Under the pieces are notes generated by a model. The model did no database searches and was not told the DNA's origin. It saw only the letters and a program-made list of their open reading frames with translations. A stretch of DNA of 64,000 bases. It comes from Hypanus sabinus. Taxonomy: Eukaryota. The stretch is from the NCBI RefSeq assembly GCF_030144855.1, contig NC_082709.1, forward strand, positions 44,082,001 through 44,146,000, read 5' to 3'. The translations under genes were made by a program, and so were the position numbers. Each line of letters opens with the position of its first letter. Within the stretch, counting starts at the first letter, position 1. This document shows positions 40,263 to 51,249 of the stretch, one piece after another.

Positions 40263-43200
40263 TCTTCACTCAGTCTCTTAGAAGCTGTCCCTCAGTTTGC
40301 CAGCTCCTTGTGATAGTGGCAACTTTGATAGATATCAGGTTCTCATTCACTTAATCTGGATTATTCTTTTCCTGTGCTATGATAAAACTTGTATATTGAT
40401 AAGATGTCAGATTTTTTGATGCAGCATTTGTAATAGGTAGGCAGCATGTTAGCATTCACACTGAGACCCTTTACTCGAGGAGAGGCTGCCAAATAGTAAA
40501 ACTACAATGTCTTGTGGTGAGATGAACAAATATAGGTAATGCAATGTTCCCACTTCACATTTGATGTGTTAGTAGAAAAATTCCAAATGATGCAGCATGT
40601 AACATCAACAAATAGTGATAGTTGTGACTTGCAAAGCCAAGATAAGGTGAATGGTATGGTAGATCTTGCTTGCAGATCATATCCCAGCCAATATCCTAAT
40701 TCGAATGGCAACATTCTATGGAGTCATAGAATCATATTTGCACTACACTCTCTCTTTCTCTATATTTATATATATATCCATTTCTTTCTTTCTTATTGTA
40801 ATTTACAGATTGTTTTATGTATTACACTGTACTGTTGCAGCAAAACAACAAATTTCATGACATAAACATCAGCAATATTAAACCAATTCTGATTATGATT
40901 AGAGTGATACAGACAGAAACAAGCCCTTTGGGCCAACCTTTCACAGATTCTACCATTCACTGACATAGGAGCAAGTTATAGTGGCCAATTAACCTGTCAG
41001 CTCACAAACCTTTGTGATGTGGGAGGAAACTCATGTAGTCATAGGACAACCTGTTAACTTCACATAGATACCACTTTTTATCAGGACTGAACCTATGTCT
41101 GTACTATTTGCGCCAATGTGCCATCTATAACATAACTATGTGGTTGTGTTTTGGACAGATATACTGTATGCTCTTACATGGTAATTGCTGTGATATTTTC
41201 CTCTGCACAATCTATTTCTTCTGGAGGCCTCCAGACCTCCATTTAAAAGAACTACAAAAACATTGAGCAAATGACTTCAGGAGCCTGATTCACATATTCT
41301 GATGTCTATCATAGGTTTCAGTCAAGATTACGTTTACTAGGAAGACTTTACAAGTTGTTGTTCTGACCTTGTGCCCAAGTTGTGTTCAACATTCTTATCT
41401 GAAGTTCTTTGTGGCACTGGATTCTTCAGACACTTATTTAAGAATGCTTACAAGATTTTTTGATTCCTGTGGCATGGATTTCTCCTTTTTGATGTTGGTT
41501 GTAATGATCAGCGAGATCAAAAGGGAATACAGGCTGTCCAATAATCTGGTATCGTCAGTCTGGCCTAATAACCAAATGAGTTTAAACCTTCTTGTAGAGA
41601 TCAATCAGAAAGCAAAAAGTTTACTTTACCTATTTGCAATGCATAAATGCAAAAAATCAAAATAAACTAATGAAATGGGAAGGATTGTGTTAAAATCAGA
41701 AATTCAGTCACGCCATGTTGCCTTTTTCAGTATTACTGGATATTAGTATTACAGTAAGTCAATGTTTCCCAGAGTAAAGCATAGTTTTAATGTATTTCTG
41801 GTTAAATAATGTAGTTGTGGAAATTCAGACACTCGTGTAATGTTTGAAGAGTTATTTTCCACACTGGAAATGTACGGTGCAATATGTAGGCTCACTTAGA
41901 GGGCTGGGAAATTGAAAAGGCATTAAAAACTCAGCTGCACTTCATTCAGCTGAATAACATGGTCAGCATCAGTAGATAGTTTGGAAACACCTAAACCTTT
42001 CAGCAATTTGCTGGCTCCACACAACAAAGAAAGCTCTGGGAAGGAGCAGTAAATCTCTGAAAGCACACTCGGTTTCTATCTTTATTGTGTATATACTGTA
42101 CGTTTTTCAGAAATTGTTCTCACTTTCCTAGCAGCGAGTGCTAATATTTTGGTCACTGTTCAGCTTCTATAAAATTGATAAACTATTCCAAATAATCTAG
42201 TTAAAAGCAAAAGTTTCCTTTTGGTATTTCTTTTGAAAATCTGAAAACAATTTACTAAAACATGGGGGCCATTGTATAAATGATTGCCTTATAAATTGCT
42301 TTCAGATGACGAAGAAAGTATTCAATAGTAGACTGTAAATTATGTCCACTGGGACTCAAGCCAGTTGGGTATTATTAAATGAAAATTTAATATCGGCATA
42401 CTGATCGTTCCCTTACTTTTCAGTTGTTTGCCACACTCAATCTGGGGTCTATGATCCCTGGAGTGGAACCAACCTGGAATAACTTCTAATAATTTTATGC
42501 CATAACTAGGACATTTTCTATTAGTGAAATAACGATTCAGTGTTTAAACAAGTTATGTAATCCAATTTTTAGGAAACAATGTTTCAGAAATTCATCTTCT
42601 CAATGCCTAAAATAAAGGAGCATAGTGCAGATGAAGATCATGGTGATGTGGCATTGACAAGATTTAAATACATTCCTGAGTGAAATAAACCCAGCTGCTA
42701 ACATGAGATGGATATGTCCTAATCAACAGCTGTACAACACTCTAATAAAATACACTGATGCTGAAGCACAGAAAATGATCAGATACACTGACAATGAAGG
42801 AGATACGTATGGATGTAAAGCTCCACAGTCTTAAAGATACAATCTCCCAACTCACAGCCCAAAGTTTACACAAGTGACTGCTACTCTCATGTGGGGAGAG
42901 AAAAAACATTCTTGTACATTGTGCTAAGAAGTGTGATTGGTAAATAGTTTCATATTTAAAGACATATTCAAGGAACTTACCTATTTTGATGATCCATCAA
43001 GATTATTGCCTCTAGTGCTTTATCAGTGATCCACGCACATCTTTGAAACTTCTCAGTTTCAGGTATCTTTCAATGAATAATCCACTGATTATTGCTCGAT
43101 GAGCTGCTCTGTGGCATTCTCCTGTGCTTCAGTGAATGATTATCTTCTAACATTCCATAAAGTACTTTTAATGCAAAAGATCACATTCATTCACACCATG

Positions 43201-43439
43201 TCTGTGTGCCCGCTGAATCCAACCAAATATAATTTTTTCCAATTTTATCTAATTGACACAGACATAATACATTTATCATTTTCATGATAGTATATACTAT
43301 TTTCAAGGCATTTTAAAAAATATGATAACCTATGGGCAATTTCACTTAATGTATTAAATGTATTCTACCCAATATGGATCTTGCTGTACATGGAAAAACT
43401 GCTGATTCAGTACTTTTACAAATCTTAACAAATATTTAC

Positions 43440-43643
43440 CCTTCATTATTTCCCAGTCTACGAATGAGTCAACCAAGGACATTCCTCTTTTATAGTAAGT
43501 TGTTGTAATTTCCAGCCAATCTGCTTCCAGGGTACAAATAGTTTGGCCTTTCCGTGTTACTCTGAGGGAAAGATTGCCTTCATGGTAGGACCGTGTTCTG
43601 AAGTCTTCATTAGAAACATTGAAAAGAGCAAACAGTTTCAAAT
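43440..43643 (-). CDS. RFTN2: Raftlin-2 exon 5 (204 bp)
   Basis: ccag|(D)LKLFALFN...YHEGNLSLRVTRKGQTICTLEADWLEITTTYYKRGMSLVDSFVDWEIMK(G)|gtaaat. Confidence 0.95.
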
Positions 43644-43888
43644 CTGGATTGGAAAGAAATACAAACAAAAACAAACAATTCATTTATGCTCTTCCTGTTG
43701 AGCTAAAGCAGGCACCTCAGCAAAATATTGTAGAATTCTGACCTATGGTGGTTAGAACGAAGCTCAATCCCTAATTATAGGAAGCTGGAAAAAGTGCAGA
43801 GAAGACTTATAAAGATGTTACCGGGACTGGAATGCTTGAGTTTTAACAATAGAATGAATACCCAGGGCTATTTTCCCTAGAGCAGGGG

Positions 43889-44094
43889 TGTGGTGTACCT
43901 GTCTAGACATGCCCCCTTCTGACTGCTCCTGTGGCTCCTCCCACAGACCCCTGTATAAAGGCGATCTGAGGCCTATGCTCTCTATCAGTCTCCAGGACAT
44001 AGTATGATGGTCACTCACTCCTGGTTCCTTCTTCCAGTCAATAAAAGCCGATATCTCACCTTACGTCTCAGAGTGAGTTATTGATGGTGCATCA
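43889..44094 (+). repeat. 5' LTR (206 bp)
   Basis: TATAAA at about 43954, Inr-like TCAGTC at 43985, AATAAA at 44040. Differs from the 3' LTR by 7 substitutions and a 9-bp indel (manual count). Confidence 0.95.
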
Positions 44095-44120
44095 ATTTTA
44101 TTGACTGGAATTTTTAAAAC

Positions 44121-47100
44121 ATGGAAACCGTTTTACGTCTAGAAAGTTTGGATTTGGACCCTCAAGACCCTGAAGCAGCTCTCGCTTTTGAACACTGGCT
44201 TGCATGCTTCCAGTCATAGTTGGAGGAGGTTTGTGCAATTGAACCCGCCGTTATGCACAGAATTCTCCTCTCGAGGGTCACCCCAAAAGTTTACTCCATT
44301 ATCCGGGACCTGCCGACCTACGATGGGGCACTGGACGCCCTCAAAAGACAGTACCTGCGGCCGGTGAACACCGTCTACACAAGACATCGTTTAGCTACCC
44401 GGCAACAGCGGCCTGGCGAATCGTGCGCTGAGTTTCTCCGAGCACTACAGACACTCGTCCGACCTTGTGACTGCAAGACGCTCACGGCAGACCAGCATGC
44501 GGAGCTGCTGGTGCGAGACGCCTTTGTGACGGGACTGAGGTCAGTGTACATGCGCCAGCGGCTGCTGGAAAATGCCGACCTTACCTTACGCTCGGCGATC
44601 GAGACGGCCAATGCTCTGGAAGCTGCTTTGCATGATGCTGACGCTGTCCAGTCGCGCGATTCCCCGCCGGTTCCGTGGACACCTCAGACCCCGCCACCAG
44701 CGGCTCCCGGGAGCGAATTCGCCAACGCCGCTGCCAGTCGCGATTCCACGAGCTCCCCGAACCTGACCACGGCTGCGGCCCGTCAGAAGCCCGTGCTTTG
44801 TTATTTCTGTGGCCACAAAAAGCACTCTCGACAACGCTGTCCAGCGCGAGAAGCGACCTGCTCCAGCTGCGGAAAGCGGGGCCATTTCGCCAAGGTCTGT
44901 AAGTCTCAACTACGAGCAGAGTGCAGCGCTGCGGGTGAAACGTGGGGGCCGCCATCTTGCATGCCCGGATGTGGGCGGCCATCTTTGTCGGCGTCAGCAT
45001 GCCCCGCCCCCGCCCCTCCAATGCGTACCAGGTACCCCGACGGCGATTCAACTCTGGCCACTGTAACTCTCGACCAAAGCGCCCCACACCAGCTTGCAAG
45101 GTCAATGTTGGACATCCGGGTGGAGGGGCACAGGACTAGATGCCTGTTTGACATGGGCAGCACTGAGAGTTTTATTCACCCGGACACAGTGCAACGCTGC
45201 GGACTCGCAACACGGCCAGTAAGTCAGAAGATCCATTTGGCTTCTGGGTCGCATTCCGCAGACATCCGGGCGGGTTGTGTAGCGACATTGGTGGTTCAAG
45301 GCAGAGAATATCGGAACTTTGCGCTACTGGTCATGCCTAATCTGTGCGCACCTGTGCTATTGGGGCTGGACTTCCAGAGCCATCTTGAAAGTGTGACTAT
45401 GGTATATGACGGGCCCCTCTCACCACTCACTGTCCGGAATCCTCAGTTTTGTGGGACTTCTTCACATACCCCGCTACTGACCACACACACACACGGACAC
45501 ACACATCCCACCCAGCACCATGCTGACAGCTGCGCTAACCGACACTACTTGCAGTCTCTCCACCCTCAAGGTCCCTCCCCCACCGCTGTTCACCAACCTG
45601 ACCCCTGACTGTAAGCCTGTGGCAACTAAAAGCAGGAGGTACAGTGCGGGGGACAGGGCCTTCATTCAGTCGGAGGTGCAGCGGCTGCTCAGGGAGGGGA
45701 TCATTGAGCCAAGCTCAAGCCCTTTGAGGGCCCAGGTGGTCGTTGATCAGACTGGGCAGAAAGATAGGATGGTCGTGGACTATAGTCAAACCATCAATAG
45801 GTTCACGCAGCTTGACGTGTACCCCCTACCCCGCATCGCGGATGTGGTCAACCAGATAGCTCAGTACAAGGTGTACTCGACAATAGATCTGAAATCCGCT
45901 TAACACCAGCTCCCCATCTGCCCAGAGGACCGCCCCTACACCGCCTTCGAGGAAGGCGGCAGGCTCTATCACTTCCTGCACGTCCCTTTCGGTGTCACGA
46001 ATGGTGTCTCTGTCTTCCAGAGGGAAATGGACCGGATGGTGGACCAGTACCAACTGAAGGCCACATTTCCCTATCTGGATAACATCACCATCTGTGGTCA
46101 CGACTGGCCAGATCACGACGCCAACCTCCAAAGATTTCTCCAAATGGCCGCAGCTCTGAACCTTACTTATAACAGGGACAAGTCTGTGTTCGGAACCACC
46201 CGTCTCACTATCCTTGGGTATGTCGTGGAAAACGGAGTTATTGGCCCTGATCCCGACCGTATGCACCCCCTGTTAGAACTCCCTCTTCCCACCACTCTCA
46301 AAGCCCTCAGACAGTGCCTGGGCTTCTTTTCCTATTACGCCCAATGGGTCCCCCATTACGCAGACAAGGCATGCCCCCTGGTCAAGTCTACCACGTTTCC
46401 CCTCTCTGCTGAGGCCCGCGCGGCCTTCAGCTGCATTAAAGAGGACATTGCCAAAGCTACGATGCATGCGGTAGACAAGACCGCTCCCTTCCAAGTGGAG
46501 TGTGACGCCTCCGATTTTGCTCTGGCTGCTACCCTCAATCAGGAAGGCAGATCAGTAGCATTCTTTTCTCGTACCCTCCAAGGCTCTGAAATTCGGCACT
46601 CTGCGGTGGAGAAAGAAGCCCAGGCCATAGTGGAGGCTGTTAGGCACTGGAGGCACTATCTTGCTGGCAAAAGGTTCACCTTGCTGACCGACCAGCGCTC
46701 GGTTGCGTTCCTGTTCAGCAACCAACAGCGGGGCAAAATCAAAAATGATAAGATTTTGCGGTGGAGAATAGAACTCTCCACCTACAACTATGATATCCTG
46801 TACCGGCCTGGCAGACTCAATGAGCCCCCTGATGCCCTATCCCGGGGAACATGTGCTAGCACACAGCTCGACCAGCTATACACCCTTCATGCACAACTTT
46901 GCTATCTGGGGGTCACCCGATTTTACCATTTTGTGAAAGCTTGGAACCTGCCGTATTCCCTTGAGGACATCAGGACGATGACCAGGGACTGCCAAATTTG
47001 CGCTGAGTGCAAACCACACTTCTACTGTCCTGACACGGCGCAACTTATCAAGGCCACCCGCCCTTTTGAGCGACTGAGTGTTGACTTTAAGGGCCCCCTT

Positions 47101-47897
47101 CCCTCCACTGACTGCAATGTCTATTTTCTCAATGTTATCGACGAGTACTCACGGTTCCCTTTTGCCATCCCCTGCCCTGACACCACTGCCACGTCCACCA
47201 TAAAAGCCCTGCGCCAGCTCTTCACTCTGTTCGGGTATCCCTGCTATATCCACAGCGATAGAGGGTCCTCCTTTATGAGTGACGAGCTGCACCAGTACCT
47301 GCTAGCTAGGGGTATTGCTACTAGTCGGACCACGAGTTATAATCCCTGGGGTAATGGACAGGTGCCACCCCTCACGAGCGCCTATTCTCTTTTCCCAGGA
47401 AGTCTGTCACTGGGACCACCCTACCAGTTTGGCTGACGTCCCCGGGGCTAGTGCTGCTCCGGAAACATGTGAGGAGCAATAAATACTCCCTGCTGGTCGA
47501 GAGGGTTCACCTCCTACATGCGAACCCCCAGTATGCCTACGTGGTCTTATCTGATGGGCGGGAGGACACGGTCTCCATCCGCGACCTGGCACCCGCAGGT
47601 GCAGCAGACCACTACCCTGAACACTCTCCGGTAACTATGAACCCTGCACCAGAGGTGACACCGTACTCACCAGGCCCTACACAGACTCCTCACGACACTT
47701 ATATACCGGGTGTTTCGTACGCATTTATACCAGGCGCCTCGCACATGCGTGAGGGATCACCGGCGCCTAGTGGGCTGGAACAAGCACAACCTCCGTCCCC
47801 TGTGCAATCACCAATGTCGCCGGCATCCGTGCGATCACAACCGGTGCTACGTAGATCGCAGCGACAGATTCGACCACCTGATAGACTTGACTTGTAA
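44121..47897 (+). pseudogene. gag-pol polyprotein, disrupted
   Basis: ATG 44121, stop 44217; CYFCG..H...CP and CSSCGKRGHFAKVC; LFDMGS protease; YPLPRI, stop 45901, YLDN; CDASD / EKEAQA RNase H; H..C..C, VDFKGP and HSDRG integrase. Frameshift near the CA repeat at about 45490. Confidence 0.93.
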
Positions 47898-47946
47898 GAA
47901 ACTTCGCCACATGGGGACTCTTTTAAACAAAGGGGGGGGGGGTGAA

Positions 47947-48161
47947 TGTGGTGAACTACATGTGCCTGTCTGGACATGCCCCCTGCTGACTGCTCCTGTG
48001 GCTCCTCCCACAGACCCCTGTATAAAGGCCATCTGAGGCCTATGCTCTCTCTCAGTCTCCAGGACGTAGTATGATGGTCACTCACTCCTGGTTCCTTCTT
48101 CCAGTCAATAAAAGCCGATATCTCGCCTTACGTCTCAGAGTGAGTTATTGATGGTGCATCA
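47947..48161 (+). repeat. 3' LTR (215 bp)
   Basis: Direct repeat of 43889-44094. Confidence 0.95.
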
Positions 48162-48519
48162 AGGGGTTCCCAATCTGGGGTCTATGATCCCTTTGGATAA
48201 TGGCAGGAGTCCATGGCATAAAAAATATCTGGAAACCCCTGCCCTAGAGCAAAGGAGGCTGAGGAGTGACCGGATGGAAATATGTAAATTCATGATGGGG
48301 TTAGATAAGGTAAAAGGTCACAGTCTTTTTTCTAGCAAAGGGTAGAATAAAACTAGAGAGGCTTAGAATTAAGACAAGAGGGTATAGACATGAATGTGAC
48401 CTTTTCACACACATAGGATGGAGCTGATGAGCTCCAGAAGAAGTGGTAGACACTGGCACAATTAAAAGGACATTTGGACATTCGGATGGGTACATGGGTA
48501 GAAAAGGTTTAGAGGGCAA

Positions 48520-49885
48520 TCAATTGGAGGGCAAAAATCTGCAAACTATTGGAAAGGATTCTTAAGGATCCTTTTGGAGAAGTACAGTCTACTCAAGGAT
48601 AGTCAACATGGCTTTGTGAAGGAAAGGTCATGTCTCACAAGCCTAATTGAGTTTTTTGAAGAGGTAACAAAAGAAATTGATGAGGGTAGAGCGGCAGATG
48701 TGGTCTACATGGATTTTAGCAAGTCATTTGACAAGGTCCCCCACGAGAGACTCATCCAGAAAGTCATGAGGCATGGGATCAGTGGAACCTTGGCTGTTTG
48801 GATAAAAAATTGGCTTACAGGAAGAAAGCAGAGGGTAGTAGTGGAAGGAAAGTATTCTACTGGAGGTCGGTGACTAGTGGAGTGCCACAAGGATTGTCCC
48901 GGGATCCCTGCTCTTTGTGATTTTTATAAATGACCTGGATGAAGAGGCAGAAGGATGGGTGAGTAAGTTTATGGAAATCACAAAGATTGGAGGAGTTGTG
49001 GGTGGAGTTGTAGGTTGTTGAAGATTACAAGAGGATATAGACAGGATGAAGAATTGGGCAGAAAAGTGGCAGATTGAGTTCAATCTGGTTAAGTGTGAGG
49101 TGATGCGTTTTGGAAGGACAAACCAGAAGGCTGAGTACAGGGTTAATGGTCGGTTACTTAAGAGTGTAGATGAACAGAGGGACCTTGGGGTTCAAATCCA
49201 TACATCCTTCAAGGTCTCTGCACAGGTTGATAGGGTAGTTAAGAAGGCCTATGGGATGCTAGGCTTCATTAATAGGGGGATTGAGTTCAAGAGAAGAGAG
49301 GTCATGTTGCAACTCTACAAATCTCTGGTGAGACCACACTTAAGAGTATTGTGTTCAGTTCTGGTCAGCACTACAGGAAGGATGTGGAAGCTATGGAGAG
49401 GGTGCAGAGGAGATTTACCAGGATGTTGCCTGGATTGGAAAACAAGTCTTATGAGGCAAGCTGGGACTTTTCTCTTTGGAGGGTTGAAGGATGAGAGGAG
49501 ACTTGACAGAGGTCTACAAGATTTTAAGAGACATAGATAGGGAGGATAGCCAGTACCTGTTTCCCAGGGCACGAACAGCAAACACCAGAGAGCATATGTA
49601 CAAAGTTAAGGGAGGGAAGTTTAAGGGAGACATCAGGGGTAAGTTTTTTACCAAGGTTTGTGGGTGCCTGGAATAACTTGCCAGGAACGGTGGTGAAGTC
49701 TAAAACATTAGGGGTCTTTAAGAGCCTCTTGGACAGGCACGTGGATGAAAGAAAGATAGAGGAATATGGGGTAGTGTGGGTTTAGTACTTTTTTGTTAAG
49801 GAATATATGGGTCAGTACAACATCGAGGGCTGAAGGGCCAATACTGTGCTGTAGTATTCTAGTGTCTAGTGGTCTAGTGTCTAGG
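48520..49885 (+). mobile_element. 5'-truncated CR1 LINE within an older CR1 fragment (about 43790-49990)
   Basis: SQHGFVKERSCLTSLIEFFE, DFSKSFDKVPH, WAEKWQIEFN; tail (TCTAGTG)n. Confidence 0.88.
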
Positions 49886-50407
49886 AATATGAACCAAATG
49901 CAGCTGATATGACGAGCTCAGTTAGACAATGTAGTCAGCATGAGCAATATGGGACAAAGAGCCGTTTGCCATATCCCATGACTCTACGATAGATTTGGAT
50001 TGTTTATCAGTTTTTCACCAGCCAACTAATTTTACTTTCCAACAGAAACAGCATTTGGTCTAATTATGTTGGTGAGGTTTTGTACAAGGGTGTAAAATGG
50101 CCGATGAAAAGGTGTGGGGATGAGGGTGGCAAGAGTGCAAAACAAGGGCGACTGGACTTCTTAGGATTAGACATGGTTATGTAGAGAATAACAAAGTATT
50201 CGTTCCCTTCATAGGATGCAAAACTGAGACATAATTTTTCATGTTACACCTCATATTGTTGAAGGATATACATATTAACAGATGTTGCATTATAATGAGG
50301 GTGAAGTAAATTCAGGTCTTCACAGTACACCTATTTCTGTTAATATACAAACTACATTTTAAACCAAACTATACTTATGAAAGTAGTAACTAGAAACAAA
50401 ATATAAC

Positions 50408-50774
50408 CATCATTCAAACCTTCATTTGGTTGAGAGGTAGTAGAGCTTTCCTTTCCAATTGCTTTTCCTCTTCCATGTAAAAGATCTTCTGGAGATGGAC
50501 CATTCTCTAAAACTTTGGTGATTTTATCTGAAGAATCTTCTCCTTCTGCAAATTCCATGGGCTTCATGTTCAAAGTTACTTCATTGCATTTTAGAGAGTC
50601 ATTGTCAGGATCATGCTTACTTTTATCTGGCAAATGCAGATGAAAGCTGGCATCCTGAGCCAAATCCACATCTGACTCTATTAATAAATTTGAGCCATTG
50701 CAAGGTTTAGATTTAGAATGGAGCTCGTTTAAAAATCCAATGAACTTCATTCCTTTCTTAGCTGAGTCATTAAC
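50408..50774 (-). CDS. RFTN2: Raftlin-2 exon 4 (367 bp)
   Basis: ttag|VNDSAKKGMKFIGFLNE...CNG...NEGLND|gttata. Phases fit exons 3 and 5. Confidence 0.88.
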
Positions 50775-50899
50775 CTAAGACAAAAATAATATGCAGGTTA
50801 ATGTGACACAAATATATTTCATTTATAATTTAATTGTTGAAGCAGCAGGTTGTAGTCCTGGTAAAGGACAATGGGAAGACAAAACAATTACTTCCAAAT

Positions 50900-51090
50900 A
50901 CAGATTCTGTAGACTCTGGAAATCCAGAGCAACTCACATAAATTTTAGAGGAACTCAATAGGTTAGGCAACATCAATGGAGAGGAATAAACAATTGACAT
51001 CTTGGGCCCAGACCCTTCATCAGTCCTGATGAAGAGTCTTGGCCTGAAATGTTGATTGGTTATTCCACTCCCAAATATAGACTTCCAAGA
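50900..51090. repeat. Palindromic Penelope-derived repeat
   Basis: Head GATTCTGTAGA.TCTGGAAATCC; inverted arms centred on CCCTTCATCAG-TC-CTGATGAAGAG. Confidence 0.75.
51021..51058 (+). ncRNA. Minimal type I hammerhead ribozyme motif (mutated copy)
   Basis: CAGTC-CTGATGA-AGAGTCTTGGCCT-GAAA-TGTT-GATTG: stem I CAGUC/GAUUG, catalytic core CUGAUGA and GAAA, imperfect stem II, minimal stem III. Confidence 0.65.
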
Positions 51091-51249
51091 GACAAATAGA
51101 CAGATCAGGGATTGAGTTCCTTCTTCAGCTCTTAATGGATTCACTGCCTCCTTAAGAATATCTCATCTGATGCATTCTGGAAAAATTAGTGCATCAGTGG
51201 ATTGCTTAGAAGTCTTCTCGCTTATTGCAGAAACAATCTCTTGGAGCTC

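Larger units (their letters stand above)
43889..48161 (+). mobile_element. Gypsy LTR retrotransposon (Mag-like gag with two Zn knuckles), full length, disabled
   Basis: TG..CA LTRs, 5-bp TSD AGGGG, PPT AAAGGGGGGGGGGTGAA before 47947, domain order gag-PR-RT-RH-IN. Confidence 0.96.
43883..48241. mobile_element. hAT MITE split by the Gypsy insertion (43883-43888 and 48162-48241)
   Basis: Rejoined sequence CAGGGGTTCCCAATC...GGAAACCCCTG with 8-bp TSD ccctagag (43875-43882, 48242-48249). Confidence 0.85.

Noticed and set aside
44375-46540. Multiple overlapping and antisense ORFs in the Gypsy interior
   Set aside because: Expected by-products of GC-rich gag-pol sequence; no recognisable domains.
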